From assembly GCA_048128005.1 (NCBI GenBank), contig JBEUKZ010000019.1, forward strand, positions 496,001-560,000: a DNA stretch of 64,000 nt, in the 5' to 3' direction. The DNA is from Veleropilina oligotropha (Eukaryota). How positions within the stretch are numbered: the stretch's first letter is position 1; every line of letters starts with the position of its first letter. The notes below the pieces were generated by a model that worked only from the letters and a program-made list of their open reading frames with translations, had not been told where the DNA came from and ran no database searches. This document shows positions 62,714 to 64,000 of the stretch, piece by piece. Position numbers and translations under genes: made by a program.

Positions 62714-64000
62714 AGGGCAGTTCCACCGTGACGGACGTACAGTTTGCACTGTTGAAACCTTTATTAAATGATAGTGATGCAATCTAGGTACTATTTAATC
62801 TAATAACCATAGAGTAACTTGTTGGTAGTAAACATATATGTAACAAACATCGCCTGATTAAAAATGTTTTTTGTAAAAAAGTGGTCATTTATAAGCGTGA
62901 CGGACGTACGCAGAGAATTGAAAATATGGGAGTGACTTGAAATATCTTGAAATCTCTGTGATTTGGATGGAAGGAGCTAAGCTGACTTCACTTAAACATA
63001 TTACTAATACAACGAACTAAAACACAATGAAGTCCAAATAATTTTATTTTTAGTTATCTTTATGAAATAAGTATTTAAACAATGTGACGGACGTACATAA
63101 ATTTCGTGACGGACGTACACGTACAAAAATATGGAATACCTAACTTATATATGACTGTTATCAATATAAAAAGGCTCTATCATATTTACATTGTTCCTTT
63201 AAAATAGCACACCTCAACTATGCACGTCTTCCCTTGAACATTTTTGTCATTTAAAGCGTCATTCAAATTTAAATTGTCCTCTGGATCCGACAACCGTTGG
63301 AACACTTATTATCCTTAAAATATCGCACCGTTTGTAAAATATTTTGTCCTCAGTCTCTGGCCACTTCCAATAACTGCCACCTTTGTGCATAACACTCACT
63401 TGTAGATCACTTTCACAACACTGAATAACTTCTCCAGGAAATTCATTTCCATCATAGCACACCATAACCCATTGACCAACTTGCACGTCCACGAGTAAGG
63501 TTTTTGGCGTACATTCACGTTCTTCCGTATGATTAGAATCTGCAACTTGTCTGATAGGGACAAGAACAAAGTCTGCTGAATCTGAAGTTTCGGCTATCAT
63601 CACTTGGTCGTTTCCTCTTGGAAAAACACAATGCACTTGATGCGTCTTTGGCACAGAAAGGACATCTTTCCATCGGTTATCCAGTTTTACGGTAGATTCG
63701 TCAATTTCGATTTTGGAAATGAAGTGTATTAACACATTGGGGTTTCTCTCCTTAGCAACATTTGCATATTCCTCTGCTGTTATAATATGCACTTGTCCGC
63801 TTCTGATATGCCTCCAAACCGATCGCTTGCTGGTACCTCCAATTCCATCTACTACCCCTTTTCCATGCGAGGTTGCAAAGAAATTCCATTTTATGTTGAT
63901 TCCATGTTCCTGTTCCCAGTAGTGTAAGTTAGAGAACAAAAATCTTTGTTTAAATTGAGAACTCGCACCATCACTAAAAATATTGAGATGTTTGATTAAA
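62714..64000 (-). mobile_element. End of a DNA transposon with subterminal GTGACGGACGTAC repeats; continues beyond the window
   Basis: The 13-mer occurs at 62728, 62897, 63084 and 63106, downstream of a transposase-like ORF. Confidence 0.6.
63259..64000 (-). CDS. C-terminal part of a DDE-type transposase-like protein (superfamily not assigned)
   Basis: FSDGASSQFK ... WNFFATSHGKGVVDGIGG..KR. The ORF is open to the window edge. Confidence 0.65.
   Translation of the reverse strand, partial: LIKHLNIFSDGASSQFKQRFLFSNLHYWEQEHGINIKWNFFATSHGKGVVDGIGGTSKRSVWRHIRSGQVHIITAEEYANVAKERNPNVLIHFISKIEIDESTVKLDNRWKDVLSVPKTHQVHCVFPRGNDQVMIAETSDSADFVLVPIRQVADSNHTEERECTPKTLLVDVQVGQWVMVCYDGNEFPGEVIQCCESDLQVSVMHKGGSYWKWPETEDKIFYKRCDILRIISVPTVVGSRGQFKFE

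Overview
AT-rich animal genomic DNA, probably from a marine invertebrate (inferred from the repeat types). Two spliced host genes are arranged head-to-head: a copine (CPNE5/8/9-like; minus strand, coding exons 31824-31906, 8537-8577, 8315-8361) and FAM120A (plus strand, exons 40863-41580, 48573-48658, 61453-61547). Their introns hold two full-length, related DIRS1-type tyrosine-recombinase retrotransposons (253-7774 minus; 52961-60431 plus), each with inverted terminal repeats (ITRs) and an internal complementary region (ICR). Also present: a 13-kb 42-bp satellite, a 20-bp minisatellite born inside a SINE, a CR1/L2-like LINE, RTE and Penelope remnants, SINEs, MITEs and a DNA-transposase fragment. 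The two most interesting signals come from comparing the DIRS copies. (1) At a conserved CCC-UAG-GG junction the recombinase ORF continues in the gag frame past a single amber codon while RT/RNase H starts in the +1 frame, with no usable AUG for either. This suggests one site with three outcomes: stop, readthrough or +1 frameshift. (2) A ~300-450 nt non-coding region before the ICR is conserved with compensatory base changes, suggesting a structured RNA. All alignments were done by eye; no searches were run.
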